A stretch of DNA of 64,000 nt from a bacterium (GCA_963674595.2 CAXXFV010000023.1:768001-832000), one strand, 5' to 3'; shown: positions 28,999 through 39,436, counted from the stretch's first letter. Notes: generated by a model not told the origin, from the sequence alone. Made by a program: numbers and translations.

Positions 28999-31853
28999 TC
29001 CGCCTGAGAAAATCAGTTTTTATTGGACTGATTCTCCTTTTTGCATATGTAGGGTTTCTGCAGGCCGGCACTGTATCCGGAGTAGTGCGAAATTCAGCTG
29101 GGATATTGCTGGCTAACCAGAAAATCATTTTTTCCGGTGGAGAAACTCTTGGCGATAAGATTATTCTTTCCGACCTGGAAGGGCGTTTCAGAATTGAACT
29201 TAATGCCGGAACATACCGGGTTTACCATCTTCTGGGGGAAGAGCGGGTTTACCTGGAAGAACTTACGGTGTCAGATACTGAAGAGATCAAGCTGGAACCG
29301 ATTGTCGAGGAATACACCGATAAAACACTGGATGCGATAAGAGAATTCAGGGTCGGTTACAGCACACTCAACAGCGATGCCTATCAAAATCTGGCTGAAA
29401 TGATCAACCCTTTTCCTGACAAGGGGAAGGGATGGCTATATGGATCATTATACGAATTCCACCGAAATGATAATTTCGACGCCAGGAATTTCTTTGACCC
29501 AGTGGGAGAGCCCCTTCCGGAATACAAAAGGAACCAGTTCGGCGTTACCGTAGGGGTGATACTTAGTCCGCACCTGACATTGCAGGGAGATTTTGACGGG
29601 CTCCGCATCATCCAGGGATCCACTGCGGTATCGCACGTGCCGACCAGCCTGATGAGAACCGGGGATTTCAGTGAACTGGAAGTTGACATCATTGATCCTT
29701 TCACTGGGAATCCTTTCCCCGGAAACAAGCTGCCCCTGGACCGTATGCATCCTGTCGCGCTCAAGGTACTGGAAGTAATCCCTACTCCAAATCTTGCCGA
29801 TTTTGACCGCAATTTTGTCAATAATGACCCTTTTATCAACTATCAGGATAACTGGTCCACCCGCATGGACTATACAGCTGAAGACAACTCCAAACTGATT
29901 GTGAACTACAGCTTTACCGACAGGGACCGCAACCAGGTAGGCTCCCTGCCGGCTTTCACTTCCAAAAGGACTGAACGTTACCAGGATTTCTCCGTGTCAT
30001 TTAACAAGACTCTTTCGGAAAGGCTGGTTTCCTATACCCGTCTTTCCTTTAACCGAAGCCTCTCCTATGGCCTGTCCCCAAATTCAGGAAATGCCGGGCT
30101 CCTCGCTTCGCTGGGTATCAGCGGACTGGTTCTTGATGACCCACTGGAAGAGGGCTATCCCGACTTTGAGCTTTCCGGTTACGCCGACCCCGGAGACGGC
30201 AACAATCCCAGCACTGCTGTCCGGAACCGTCTGGAACTGGACCTGTCTTTCACCTATGCCATCAATAATCATTCAATCCAGATGGGGACAGAAATCGGGG
30301 GAAACCAGCTCAATAATTACAGGTCAGGAAGCATGCACCGGGGGAGTTTTGATTTTTCAGGGGAATATTCAGGCGACGCATTTGCCGATTATCTCCTTGG
30401 ATTTCCTAATACTGCTTCATTAGGAATAGGTACTGACCGTGCCGATCTCAGGCGGAAATACTGGGAAGTATTCATCCGTGAATCCTGGAAAATCCATCCG
30501 AAATTCGACCTTTCCATGGGCCTGACCTACAGTTTTCAGCAGCCTTATCATTCCATCACCGACAATGTGTCGTCCTTCTATCCGATGCTTTTTGAACCGC
30601 CAACAGATGGAGAAATAATCACCTACGGAACTGTCCGCTCCAGGATTCTGGGTTTTGCCGGGGTCCAGGACGGATCACTTATCTTTCCGGATAAAAATAA
30701 CTGGGCGCCCAGTATCTCTTTCGCTTACAGCCCCCTGGGAAGCAATCAACTGGTTATAAGGAGTACCTATTCCCTGTTTTATGATCCCCCGGATGAAAGA
30801 GATTACTCAAGAAGGCTTACCAGGAACTATCCTTTCTTCTACTATAAGACCGCGGAAAGCCTGCAGGATAAGCCTTCCATTGATCTCGCAAATCCGTTTA
30901 CCGGAGCAACGCCGCCTGAAATTTCAATCCAGGGTATTGCGCCTCATTTTGCCCACCCTTACTTCCATTACTGGAGGGTTGAGGCCCAGAATGAAATTGC
31001 GCCCAACTGGAACATAGAAGCTTCCTACGCCGGGCGTAGGGGAGTTCATACCAGCCGGACCATCCCAGCCAATGTACCGCTTCCCGGCGAAGGCGATATC
31101 CAGGCAAGAAGGCCTAATCCTCTCTATGGCAAATTTTCAATTTTTGATGATGGAGGCAGTTATTCATCCAACGAATTCCGGCTATCCCTCAACAAAAGGT
31201 TCTCTAAAGGTTTTTCCATTAATTCGGGTTGGATCTGGAATAAAACCATGACCAATTATCACTATGGGGAACCCAATAATCCCAGGAATCTTGCCGCCGA
31301 AAACGGCCCCACGTCATGGTCACCCGAAAAACGCTTTTACCTGAGATATATCATAGATATCCCCGCGCATTTCATTTTCCCCTGGAGAACTAATGCCAGT
31401 TTTTACAAATGGATCCTGGACGGATGGAGGCTTTCCGGTATAACCGATATCACCGATGGCCGTCCATTTACGGTTGTAGTAGATTCAGATCCGAACAACG
31501 ACGGTGTTTATGGAGACCGTCCCGACAGGATAGGATCAGGGGAATTATCTTCTCCCAACGTGGACCAGTGGTTCAACACCGCTGACTTTGCAGCTGCAGC
31601 ACCCTATTCATTCGGTAATTCCGGGCGCGGCATATTGAAGGGGCCGGGACACCAGACCTGGGACATCAGTGTTATTAAGCAGACAAGGCTCAACCAGGGA
31701 GATATGGTTGAATTGAGGATCGCCCTGTTTAATGCTTTTAACAATGTCAACCTGGACAATCCCAACGCTACTTTCGGCAATGACTCCTTCGGCACTATAT
31801 TCGGCGCGGACAGGGCCCGGGAAATAGAAGTGGCCCTGAAGTACTCATTTTAA
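28995..31853 (+). CDS. Oar-like TonB-dependent outer-membrane receptor with carboxypeptidase-regulatory-like N-domain; plug apparently truncated
   Basis: GSLYEFHRNDNFDARNFF, RNQFG, FADYLLG, NNWAP, FNAFN, terminal REIEVALKYSF. Confidence 0.9.
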   Translation: MIRLRKSVFIGLILLFAYVGFLQAGTVSGVVRNSAGILLANQKIIFSGGETLGDKIILSDLEGRFRIELNAGTYRVYHLLGEERVYLEELTVSDTEEIKLEPIVEEYTDKTLDAIREFRVGYSTLNSDAYQNLAEMINPFPDKGKGWLYGSLYEFHRNDNFDARNFFDPVGEPLPEYKRNQFGVTVGVILSPHLTLQGDFDGLRIIQGSTAVSHVPTSLMRTGDFSELEVDIIDPFTGNPFPGNKLPLDRMHPVALKVLEVIPTPNLADFDRNFVNNDPFINYQDNWSTRMDYTAEDNSKLIVNYSFTDRDRNQVGSLPAFTSKRTERYQDFSVSFNKTLSERLVSYTRLSFNRSLSYGLSPNSGNAGLLASLGISGLVLDDPLEEGYPDFELSGYADPGDGNNPSTAVRNRLELDLSFTYAINNHSIQMGTEIGGNQLNNYRSGSMHRGSFDFSGEYSGDAFADYLLGFPNTASLGIGTDRADLRRKYWEVFIRESWKIHPKFDLSMGLTYSFQQPYHSITDNVSSFYPMLFEPPTDGEIITYGTVRSRILGFAGVQDGSLIFPDKNNWAPSISFAYSPLGSNQLVIRSTYSLFYDPPDERDYSRRLTRNYPFFYYKTAESLQDKPSIDLANPFTGATPPEISIQGIAPHFAHPYFHYWRVEAQNEIAPNWNIEASYAGRRGVHTSRTIPANVPLPGEGDIQARRPNPLYGKFSIFDDGGSYSSNEFRLSLNKRFSKGFSINSGWIWNKTMTNYHYGEPNNPRNLAAENGPTSWSPEKRFYLRYIIDIPAHFIFPWRTNASFYKWILDGWRLSGITDITDGRPFTVVVDSDPNNDGVYGDRPDRIGSGELSSPNVDQWFNTADFAAAAPYSFGNSGRGILKGPGHQTWDISVIKQTRLNQGDMVELRIALFNAFNNVNLDNPNATFGNDSFGTIFGADRAREIEVALKYSF

Positions 31854-32076
31854 ATAGTTGCGGGTTGCGGGTTGCGGGTCGCGCGTGACAGGGGGCAGGT
31901 AGCAAGTAGCGATCAAATTCCCGGGATCACAATACACCAACTCGTTGTCGCTATCGTTGTCAGCAAAGCGGTTATCGTTGTCGTAATCGGAACCGAAACC
32001 AGGGTAGAATCCATCCCTCCCGGCACTAAGACTAAGAATTCGATAACGACAACGACAACGATAGCGACAACGATAA
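31854..32076. repeat. (TTGCGGG)3 array plus inverted hexamer arrays (GTTGTC/GTTATC ... CGACAA/CGATAA)
   Basis: atagttgcgggttgcgggttgcggg; cgttgtcgctatcgttgtc...; cgataacgacaacgacaacgatagcgacaacgataa. Confidence 0.85.
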
Positions 32077-32082
32077 TGGAAA

Positions 32083-33246
32083 TTAGTACAGAAACATAGG
32101 TTTCCCCAGGACGCTGGTCACCTTGGGTTTGTATTCTTCCAGATCGTAGAAAGTATCTACATCCACTCTTTTCACACCCTGTGAAACAATATCCAGGTCT
32201 TCGTGGGTATAGCGCCCGTCACGAGACGCGACCAGGCGGCCGGTTTCTTCTTTCTGGATCAGTTCAATAGCCAGGCTGCCGAAGTTGGCAGAAACCATAC
32301 GGTCCAGCAGATCAGGAGTTCCGCTGCGCATCAGGTACCCCAACCTCTGGTAAATCACCTTGCGGCCGGTCCTGCGGCGGATCTCATCAGCGGTAGCATC
32401 CCCGATACCCCCGAGTTTACGCCTGCCAAACTCATCAGCCGGTCCGCTCTGCATGACCTCATCGCCAATCATCCTGGCCCCTTCCGACATGGCTACAAGG
32501 GCATAGTTGCTGGGACTCCTGTCCTGGTCTTCCATGAGAAACCTCGACAACAGGTCAGGGTCAAAGGGCACTTCACTGATAATAGCCCTGTCAACGCCGG
32601 CCAGGTAGGCTGCAATCAGTGATGTCTCTCCTGAATTCCTGCCAAAAAGCTCTACTACCCCTATTTGTTCATGGGATCCCACCGTAGTTCTGAGCTGGGT
32701 TATGTAATCAACACTGCGGCTGACCGCGGTTGAAAAACCAATGCAGTAGTCTGTCCCATGAACATCGTTATCCATGGTCTTAGGAATCGCGACAACCTTG
32801 ACTCCCTCAGAATGCATGCGGTGGGCATAACGAAGAGTATCGTCACCCCCTATGATAACCAGGCTATCCAGCTTCAAAGCTTCCAGTACACTCAGGATAT
32901 GGGTGCTGCAGTCATACCAGGCCCGATCCTCCTGGTATTCCGATTTCGTTCTCAGGAACATCGGTAAATGCTCCTTTTTCACGCGGGCAGGATTGGTCCT
33001 GGAAGTATGAAGAAAGGTCCCTCCGCTCCTGGCCACAGTCCTTACCAGCTCAGCAGTAAGCTCCATTGTATTTTTTTTAACCGATTCCTCATCGCTGAGG
33101 TCGCAGTTCAGCAAGCCGGCCCAACCCCTTCTAATGCCGACTACCTCATCGCCGTCTTCCAGTGCGCCTTCGACCACAGCCTTAATGCACGGGTTTAATC
33201 CGGGAACATCTCCCCCTCCAGTGAGAATTCCAATTCTTTTTGACAT
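32083..33246 (-). CDS. pfk: 6-phosphofructokinase, probably PPi-dependent
   Basis: [36 protein letters not shown]; start placed at MSKRIG. Confidence 0.93.
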   Translation of the reverse strand: MSKRIGILTGGGDVPGLNPCIKAVVEGALEDGDEVVGIRRGWAGLLNCDLSDEESVKKNTMELTAELVRTVARSGGTFLHTSRTNPARVKKEHLPMFLRTKSEYQEDRAWYDCSTHILSVLEALKLDSLVIIGGDDTLRYAHRMHSEGVKVVAIPKTMDNDVHGTDYCIGFSTAVSRSVDYITQLRTTVGSHEQIGVVELFGRNSGETSLIAAYLAGVDRAIISEVPFDPDLLSRFLMEDQDRSPSNYALVAMSEGARMIGDEVMQSGPADEFGRRKLGGIGDATADEIRRRTGRKVIYQRLGYLMRSGTPDLLDRMVSANFGSLAIELIQKEETGRLVASRDGRYTHEDLDIVSQGVKRVDVDTFYDLEEYKPKVTSVLGKPMFLY

Positions 33247-33553
33247 ATTACTCTCTCTTATCTGCGCCTTCACGCCTCTATATGAATGTATGCTCCAGTG
33301 GCAAACCATTCATGTCAACAGGTTTATCACCTGTATTGATTACAATCCTGGCCAGATCACAGCCGGTTTCCCCAAAATTTATCAACGTTGCTATTCAAAA
33401 AACCAGGCCGCCACTCCACCACATTCTGGTTTTCTGCTATTTCGCCGTCTGCTAGTATATAACCTTATTAAAACCAAGACAAAAATCTTATCTGGGAGTA
33501 ATATATTAAACTGGCAATAAACCAAACATTTAAGTTATAGCGGAGGTTATTCA

Positions 33554-34894
33554 ATGACGAATATTAGTCGAAGAGAATTTGTTGTAAAGTCAGCCGCCAT
33601 GTCGGTAGCAGCTTCAGCTGTTGCGCCGACTATCCTGGCGTCCGACAACTGGAAAGGCGCAAATGACAGGGTCAGGATTGCGGTAGCCGGAATCAGGAGC
33701 AGGGGAAAAGACCATATTGGGGGCTATCAGAAACTCAAAAATGTCGAGGTCGTGGCACTTTGCGATATCGACCAGAGCGTCCTGGATGATAACCTCAAGG
33801 ATTTCCAGAAAGCCGGATGGAAAACACCTGAGACTTACGTGGATATTCGGAAAGTCCTGGAAAATAAAGAAATTGATGCCGTTTCCTTCGCCACTCCCAA
33901 CCACTGGCATTCACTGGGCACTATCTGGGCCTGCCAGGCGGGAAAAGACGTCTATGTCGAAAAACCTGTCTCCCACAATATCTGGGAAGGCCGGAAAATG
34001 GTGGAAGCGGCAAAGAAATACAACAGGATTGTGCAAAGCGGTTTGCAGATACGAAGCAATCCCGGGATGAGAGCCGCGATTGAATACCTGCATGGCGGAC
34101 AGCTCGGTGAAGTATACCTGGCCAAGGGTTTATGCTACAAATGGCGCGATACTATCGGCAAAACCCCGGACGCACCGGTCCCGGCCGGTGTCGATTACGA
34201 CCTGTGGACAGGTCCGGCACCAAAGAGGCCTTTCTCAGAAAACCGTTTTCACTACAACTGGCACTGGAACTGGACATACGGAAATGGAGACATCGGAAAC
34301 CAGGGCGTGCACCAGTTTGACATAGCCCGCTGGGGCCTGGGCATGGACGACCATCCAGTCAAGGTTTCCTCAATGGGTGCCCATGTGATGTTTGACGATG
34401 ACCAGGAAACACCCAACATCCAGCACTCTACCTTTACCTATGATCCCGCATCCGCCGGCGGAAAAGTCAAGACCCTGCAATTCGAAGTACGCCACTGGAT
34501 CACCAATCATGAAGGCGGTATAGGCGAAGGCCCTGACAACACCGTGGGAGTCATCTTCTACGGTTCCGAAGGCTACCTGGTCGTGGATGGTTATGCCAGC
34601 TGGCACGCTGTTCTCGGCAGGGAAAGAAAGCCGGCGGCTTCTGCCAATGTTGAAGGCGATCACTACAAGAATTTTGTTGACGCCGTAAGGTCACGGAATG
34701 CTGGAAACCTTAACTGCAGCATTGAAGAGGGCCACAAAAGTACAGTGCTCTGCCACATGGCCAATGTTTCCTACAGGGTCGGCCGATCACTGGAATTTGA
34801 TCCGGCCAGTGAAAAATTTGTAAACGACGACGAGGCCAACAAACTGCTTTCCCGCGATTACCGGGCGCCTTTTGTTGTTCCCGAAAACGTGTAG
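33554..34894 (+). CDS. Tat-exported Gfo/Idh/MocA family oxidoreductase
   Basis: SRREFV Tat motif; TPNHWH, VYVEKP, GNQGVHQFD. Confidence 0.92.
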   Translation: MTNISRREFVVKSAAMSVAASAVAPTILASDNWKGANDRVRIAVAGIRSRGKDHIGGYQKLKNVEVVALCDIDQSVLDDNLKDFQKAGWKTPETYVDIRKVLENKEIDAVSFATPNHWHSLGTIWACQAGKDVYVEKPVSHNIWEGRKMVEAAKKYNRIVQSGLQIRSNPGMRAAIEYLHGGQLGEVYLAKGLCYKWRDTIGKTPDAPVPAGVDYDLWTGPAPKRPFSENRFHYNWHWNWTYGNGDIGNQGVHQFDIARWGLGMDDHPVKVSSMGAHVMFDDDQETPNIQHSTFTYDPASAGGKVKTLQFEVRHWITNHEGGIGEGPDNTVGVIFYGSEGYLVVDGYASWHAVLGRERKPAASANVEGDHYKNFVDAVRSRNAGNLNCSIEEGHKSTVLCHMANVSYRVGRSLEFDPASEKFVNDDEANKLLSRDYRAPFVVPENV

Positions 34895-34912
34895 GCTGAA
34901 TTAGATTTTTCA

Positions 34913-34953
34913 GGTTCAAGATTCAAGATTTGCAACATCTTGAATCTTGAACC
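34913..34953. terminator. Hairpin built from heptamer repeats (GGTTCAAGATTCAAGAT / ATCTTGAATCTTGAACC)
   Basis: Perfect 17-bp inverted repeat 18 nt after the stop codon. Confidence 0.6.
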
Positions 34954-35008
34954 TCCAATCTGCCATGTCTGGCCATCGGCCAGTATCAACCTGAATCGTC
35001 AATTTAAA

Positions 35009-35243
35009 TGTGCCGCCCTTCCAGGGCTTTAATGCTACTATTGGGACCATTCTTACCCCAGGTTCGCTGCGCTCACCTGGGGCTCTTCCCTGCCGGGCTT
35101 CCAGCCCTGAATATCCAGCCGCATCAGTCCCGGAGGGACGGCATGCCTTAGCCCTGGTTGACCCGACAGAGCTCGAAGAGCGAAGGAGGCGAGCCCAGGG
35201 TAAAAAATTCCCCTCACCAGAAAGAGCACTGGAAGCGCGACAC
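35009..35243. repeat. Two REP-like composite palindromic units, back to back
   Basis: tgtgccgcccttccagggct...ccccagg...cctgggg...ctgccgggcttccagccctg, then cagtcccggagggacggc...gccctgg...cccaggg...gcactggaagcgcgacac; same family as 38211-38325 and 42786-43166. Confidence 0.7.
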
Positions 35244-35321
35244 CAGAAATGCGAATGCCGAATGTCCTGCTGACTGACCCGAGCATCTATTTCATAAGCT
35301 GGGAGCTTATGCCACGGTCAA

Positions 35322-35337
35322 AATCGTCAATCGTCAA
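35322..35337 (-). repeat. Heptamer array (TTGACGA)n on the minus strand after a stop
   Basis: aatcgtcaatcgtcaa next to the stop at 35345. Confidence 0.75.
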
Positions 35338-35344
35338 TTAATTG

Positions 35345-36493
35345 TCATCCCAGTTCCGGAATATCCACCCAGGAGCGTTTCTGCCAGGATTCAAAACCCT
35401 TTTCAGCCAGCTGAACTCCTTTCGCGCCTTCCAGTAAATCCCAGGGAAAAGGTTCACCCATCAGTACATGCCGCAGGTACAGTTTCCACTGGGCTTTAAA
35501 TGCGTTTTCAGAAGCCTCCCCTTCAGAGGCCTTTATCCAGTCGTCAAAATAATTCAGGGGACTTTCCACATCCGGATTCCAGACCGGCCGGGGCGTAGTC
35601 TCGGCTGTCTGCAGCCTGCATTCGCGCAGGGTGGCTACAGCTGAGCCTCCAGTGCCGTCCACCTGGATAGTCAACAGGTCATCCCTCCTCACCCTTACGG
35701 CCCAGGAAGAATTAAAGCTGACCAGGACCCCGTTCCGCAATTCGAATGAACCATAAGCGGCATCTTCCGCCGTGCAGTCGTAGCGGTTTCCATCCTCATC
35801 CCACCGCACCGGGATATGGGTGGCAGCAATGCAGCTTACCGACTTGATATTTCCAAAAAGATTGTCGATAACATATCTCCAGTGGGGAAACATATCCAGG
35901 ATGATGCCGCCGCCGTCTTCTTTCCGGTAATTCCATGAAGGCCTCTGGCAGGGGACAGTGTCTCCTTCAAAAACCCAGTAGCCGAATTCTCCCCTTACTG
36001 AAAGAATCCTGCCTAAAGCCTTTTTATCCAGGAGGGATTTCAGTTTCAGCAGACCCGGCAGCCAGAGTTTATCCTGCACGACACCCTGCTTGACTCCGGC
36101 TTCCCTGGCTAACCGGTATAGTTCGACCGCATCCTCCGTGTTGAGGGCGGTAGGCTTTTCGCAGTAAATATGTTTTCCGGCAGCAATGGCCTTTTTCACT
36201 GCTCCCACCCTTAAACCCGTAGTCTGGGAGTCAAAATAAATTTCGCAGTCTTCCCTTTCCAGGGCTTCATCCAGGCTGGCAGTCCAGTCCTTAACTCCAT
36301 ATTCTTCTGATATTTTTTTGAGTTTGTCCGGATTCCTGCCGACCAGCACGGGACGCGGAATAACAAACTCACCGGGTGACACCTCGATCCCGCCTTCCGC
36401 GGCTATGGCCAAAAGAGACCTTTCCAGGTGCTGGTTCTTCCCCATGCGCCCCGTGACTCCATTTAATATGATTCCGATTTCCCTTTTTTTCAT
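35345..36493 (-). CDS. Gfo/Idh/MocA family oxidoreductase
   Basis: NGVTGRMG, YCEKP, RGEFGYWVFEG, GGGIILDMFPHW. Confidence 0.92.
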   Translation of the reverse strand: MKKREIGIILNGVTGRMGKNQHLERSLLAIAAEGGIEVSPGEFVIPRPVLVGRNPDKLKKISEEYGVKDWTASLDEALEREDCEIYFDSQTTGLRVGAVKKAIAAGKHIYCEKPTALNTEDAVELYRLAREAGVKQGVVQDKLWLPGLLKLKSLLDKKALGRILSVRGEFGYWVFEGDTVPCQRPSWNYRKEDGGGIILDMFPHWRYVIDNLFGNIKSVSCIAATHIPVRWDEDGNRYDCTAEDAAYGSFELRNGVLVSFNSSWAVRVRRDDLLTIQVDGTGGSAVATLRECRLQTAETTPRPVWNPDVESPLNYFDDWIKASEGEASENAFKAQWKLYLRHVLMGEPFPWDLLEGAKGVQLAEKGFESWQKRSWVDIPELG

Positions 36494-36545
36494 GTTTCCT
36501 TCCCAGAAAAATGTATCCCTTAAGACTCAATTCCATTATCTAAAA

Positions 36546-36986
36546 TCAGGCTTTAGTGCACTGCGGCCAGGCTCCTTCAGGCAGCGGGGGAACATCCTTG
36601 CCAGCCACAGGAAGCGTTCCGCTCAGCTCCTGTTTCCAGTGAGCCACATCTCCGGCCGGGCCGTAACAGTAAATCATTAGCATTGGTTCATCACCGGTAT
36701 TTGTCAACTGGTGAAACACGCCGCTGGGCACGTAGACAGCCTGCTTTTCCCTGATGATTTCCATTTCTTCACCGAGGCAGAACTGCCCTTCCCCCTGGAT
36801 AATAAAATATACTTCTTCCTGATCATGGTCATGCCAGGGCACCTGGCCTCCCCGGGGTTCCAGGGTCACGTATCCCATGCTGAAAGCTTCAGCCTGGATA
36901 GGGGACTGCCCTCCAGACAGGTTCTGGGTTTTCCTCCGTGCCGGGTAGGTCCGTCCTTCAATTTCTCTCAAGTCCACAATCTTCAT
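36546..36986 (-). CDS. Cupin domain protein
   Basis: PWHDHDQEEVY and PSGVFHQL cupin motifs. Confidence 0.9.
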   Translation of the reverse strand: MKIVDLREIEGRTYPARRKTQNLSGGQSPIQAEAFSMGYVTLEPRGGQVPWHDHDQEEVYFIIQGEGQFCLGEEMEIIREKQAVYVPSGVFHQLTNTGDEPMLMIYCYGPAGDVAHWKQELSGTLPVAGKDVPPLPEGAWPQCTKA

Positions 36987-37011
36987 AACTCACTTTTTCC
37001 TTTTATTAATA

Positions 37012-37830
37012 TCAGCCTTCGAGTATGCCCTGCAGGTAACCAATGGCCCGGGCGGCCTGGCTCCGTCCATCCGGAAAGTAATCAAAAGGTTCTACGGCTA
37101 AAACACCCTGGTAATTATTATCCTCCAGGGCAGACAAAATCCTCCTGAACTCCAGTTTCCCCTGTCCCGGAGCTCTCAGGCAGGGATCGTTCAGGTGTAC
37201 GTGCCGTATCATGCCATTAGGGACCCATTTATTTATCAGTTCAGGGACAGACTCTTTTTCCGCGCCCGAAGCAGCCTTGGTATCCAGCATGGTCCTGAAA
37301 AACGGACTGCCCACTTTTTCAACCAGTTCCGCGGCCTCGGCAATTGTATTTATGAAATTAGTCTCCTTTTCAGTCAGGGGTTCAATACAATAAATCACTC
37401 CGGCTTTCCCGGCCTCCTCAGCCACCCGGGAAAAAAGCTCGGCAGCCCTTATCATGGCAGATTCCCTGTCTCCTGAAAAAGTCCGCTGTCCGGGAGAGCC
37501 GTGCACCAGGGTTCTTCCCCCCAGGTCGGCACAGAGTTTAACCAGGCCCAGCATCACTTCCAGGGTTCTTTTCCTGACTTCACGGTCAGGAGAAGTTATT
37601 GATAAACCTTCGGGCACCAGCAGCAGCCAGTGCAGGCTGGTTATTTCGATCCCGTATTTTTCGGCTGTCCGCCTGATTAACAACCTTTCCTCCGCCGGGA
37701 TCAGGTGGGGATTGCCAGACAGGGTAAAGGGAGCCAACTCCAGGCCCGCGTATCCAATTTCAGAAGAAAACCTGCACTGTTCCTCAATATCTAAATCCCT
37801 GATTACTTCGTTGCAGAGAGAAAATTTCAT
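37012..37830 (-). CDS. Sugar phosphate isomerase/epimerase (xylose-isomerase-like TIM barrel)
   Basis: GLELAPF, IEPL, MLDT, HVHLND, PGQG, VEPF; start placed at MKFSLC. Confidence 0.9.
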   Translation of the reverse strand: MKFSLCNEVIRDLDIEEQCRFSSEIGYAGLELAPFTLSGNPHLIPAEERLLIRRTAEKYGIEITSLHWLLLVPEGLSITSPDREVRKRTLEVMLGLVKLCADLGGRTLVHGSPGQRTFSGDRESAMIRAAELFSRVAEEAGKAGVIYCIEPLTEKETNFINTIAEAAELVEKVGSPFFRTMLDTKAASGAEKESVPELINKWVPNGMIRHVHLNDPCLRAPGQGKLEFRRILSALEDNNYQGVLAVEPFDYFPDGRSQAARAIGYLQGILEG

Positions 37831-38210
37831 AACTGAAATACTACCACGCCGGCAGAGGTCAAAACCATCATTCATCATCGACCATGTAACCTATGATTCC
37901 AAGGGGATACTTACCTTGGAAACCAAGGCATCTCAAGAAGGACGCTACTTCCAAGACTTTTACACATTTTCCGGAAAAAACTTTGGATTTGATTTTTAGT
38001 GCTTAAGATTTTCCCGCCTTCATGCGGGGATTTGCGAATGTCGCGATAAACCGGAATGTAGTGGAAAATGAAAGAGTCCTGCAGGAAAGGAGTAGCTAAA
38101 CATTAAATCTTAAATCTCAATAGTGTCCATGCCTGAATTCCCATAGGACGTCTCAGCACCGGAGGCACCGTAACTGAGAACTGAGATGTGAGAAGTTCGA
38201 AGTGGTGGTG

Positions 38211-38325
38211 TTCAGCACCGGAGGTGCGGCAGGTAATAACCCAGGCTGATCCCGGACCGAAGGTTCGGGAGAGCCCTGGGTAGGAGCATGTGGCCAGGTG
38301 AAGGAGCTCTGGAAGGGCGGCACAG
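38211..38325 (+). repeat. REP-like composite palindromic unit
   Basis: ttcagcaccggaggtgcggcag...cccagg...cccggaccgaaggttcggg...ccctgggt...gagctctggaagggcggcacag. Confidence 0.7.
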
Positions 38326-38433
38326 GAATCAAAGTCTTGCGCGGATAGCAATATAAGGAGTGTTATCATCTGGTTCTGGTGATAAAATTATAATAATCAA
38401 GAACTTAAATCCTGGTGGAACAAGGAGCAGAAT

Positions 38434-38940
38434 ATGAACAGCACGTGCAGAGCTGCAATAGTTATCATGATGGTGATGATCCTTATGAACCCAGCCCTCC
38501 TGGCCTGGGGCAGTCCTGTTCCCGGCCGATGGGAAAAAGTTGCAGAAACTAAGCCATGGGACAAAATAACTGTTTACACAAAAGACGGAGTTGAGCGAAC
38601 CCTCAGATATAAGGCCATTAATGACCAATTCCTTACCTGTTCCGACCAGGATAACACCGCTATTCAAATTGAAAAGGTCTTCATAGATAAGATAATTCTC
38701 CATAGAGCCGGATCATTTGCAAAAAAATGGGCAATCTGGGGTGCTGTGGGCGGAACCATTGGCGGGGCAATTTTTAGTCAAGGCCTCGATTTTGTTCCAT
38801 CGGGTCAGGTAATGGTGGCAGGTATAGGTGCCTGCCTCGGTGCTCTTGGAGCTGGTTTAGCAGGAGGTACTGTTGCTTCACTTGGAGGACCCATTTACAT
38901 TTCAAAAGAGGCGGCGCTGGCAAGAGCGGCAAAGGATTAA
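38434..38940 (+). CDS. Hypothetical exported protein with C-terminal glycine-zipper-like hydrophobic hairpin (paralog 1)
   Basis: Signal peptide; PVPGRWEKVAETK; GxxxG-rich tail; IYISKEAALA. Confidence 0.8.
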   Translation: MNSTCRAAIVIMMVMILMNPALLAWGSPVPGRWEKVAETKPWDKITVYTKDGVERTLRYKAINDQFLTCSDQDNTAIQIEKVFIDKIILHRAGSFAKKWAIWGAVGGTIGGAIFSQGLDFVPSGQVMVAGIGACLGALGAGLAGGTVASLGGPIYISKEAALARAAKD

Positions 38941-38944
38941 CACT

Positions 38945-39436
38945 ATGAATAATAACTACAAAGCAGCAGTGGCAGCAGTCGTGGTTATGATCCTTATGGT
39001 CAATCCAACTCTCCTTTTTGCAGGCAATCCGATTCCAGGAAGATGGGAAAAGGTTGCGGAGACTAAGACAGGGGAGCAAATCAATGTACTTATGAAGAGT
39101 GGTATTACGCATAAATGTCGATACGTGTCAACGAATGAAGAATTTCTAATCTGTTCCATTAAAAACACAGACAACCTTCAACTTGATTTGGTATCGATCG
39201 ACAAAATTGTCGTCCCGAAGGCAGGAAAGTATGCGGCATATGGTGCGCTTTTAGGAGCCGTAGGCGGACTTGGAGCATCTGCCCTACTAGTTGGTGGCGC
39301 GGATGCTACTACATCAACTGGGGGATTCATCAGCTTTATGGCTGTCTGTGCCGGTTTAGGGATCGCCGTGGGTGCTGGAATAGGTGGATCCGGCGAAACC
39401 ATCTATATTTCAAAAGAAGCGGCACTGGCAAAATAG
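38945..39436 (+). CDS. Hypothetical exported protein with C-terminal glycine-zipper-like hydrophobic hairpin (paralog 2)
   Basis: PIPGRWEKVAETK and IYISKEAALA shared with the upstream gene; start at ATG 38945. Confidence 0.8.
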   Translation: MNNNYKAAVAAVVVMILMVNPTLLFAGNPIPGRWEKVAETKTGEQINVLMKSGITHKCRYVSTNEEFLICSIKNTDNLQLDLVSIDKIVVPKAGKYAAYGALLGAVGGLGASALLVGGADATTSTGGFISFMAVCAGLGIAVGAGIGGSGETIYISKEAALAK

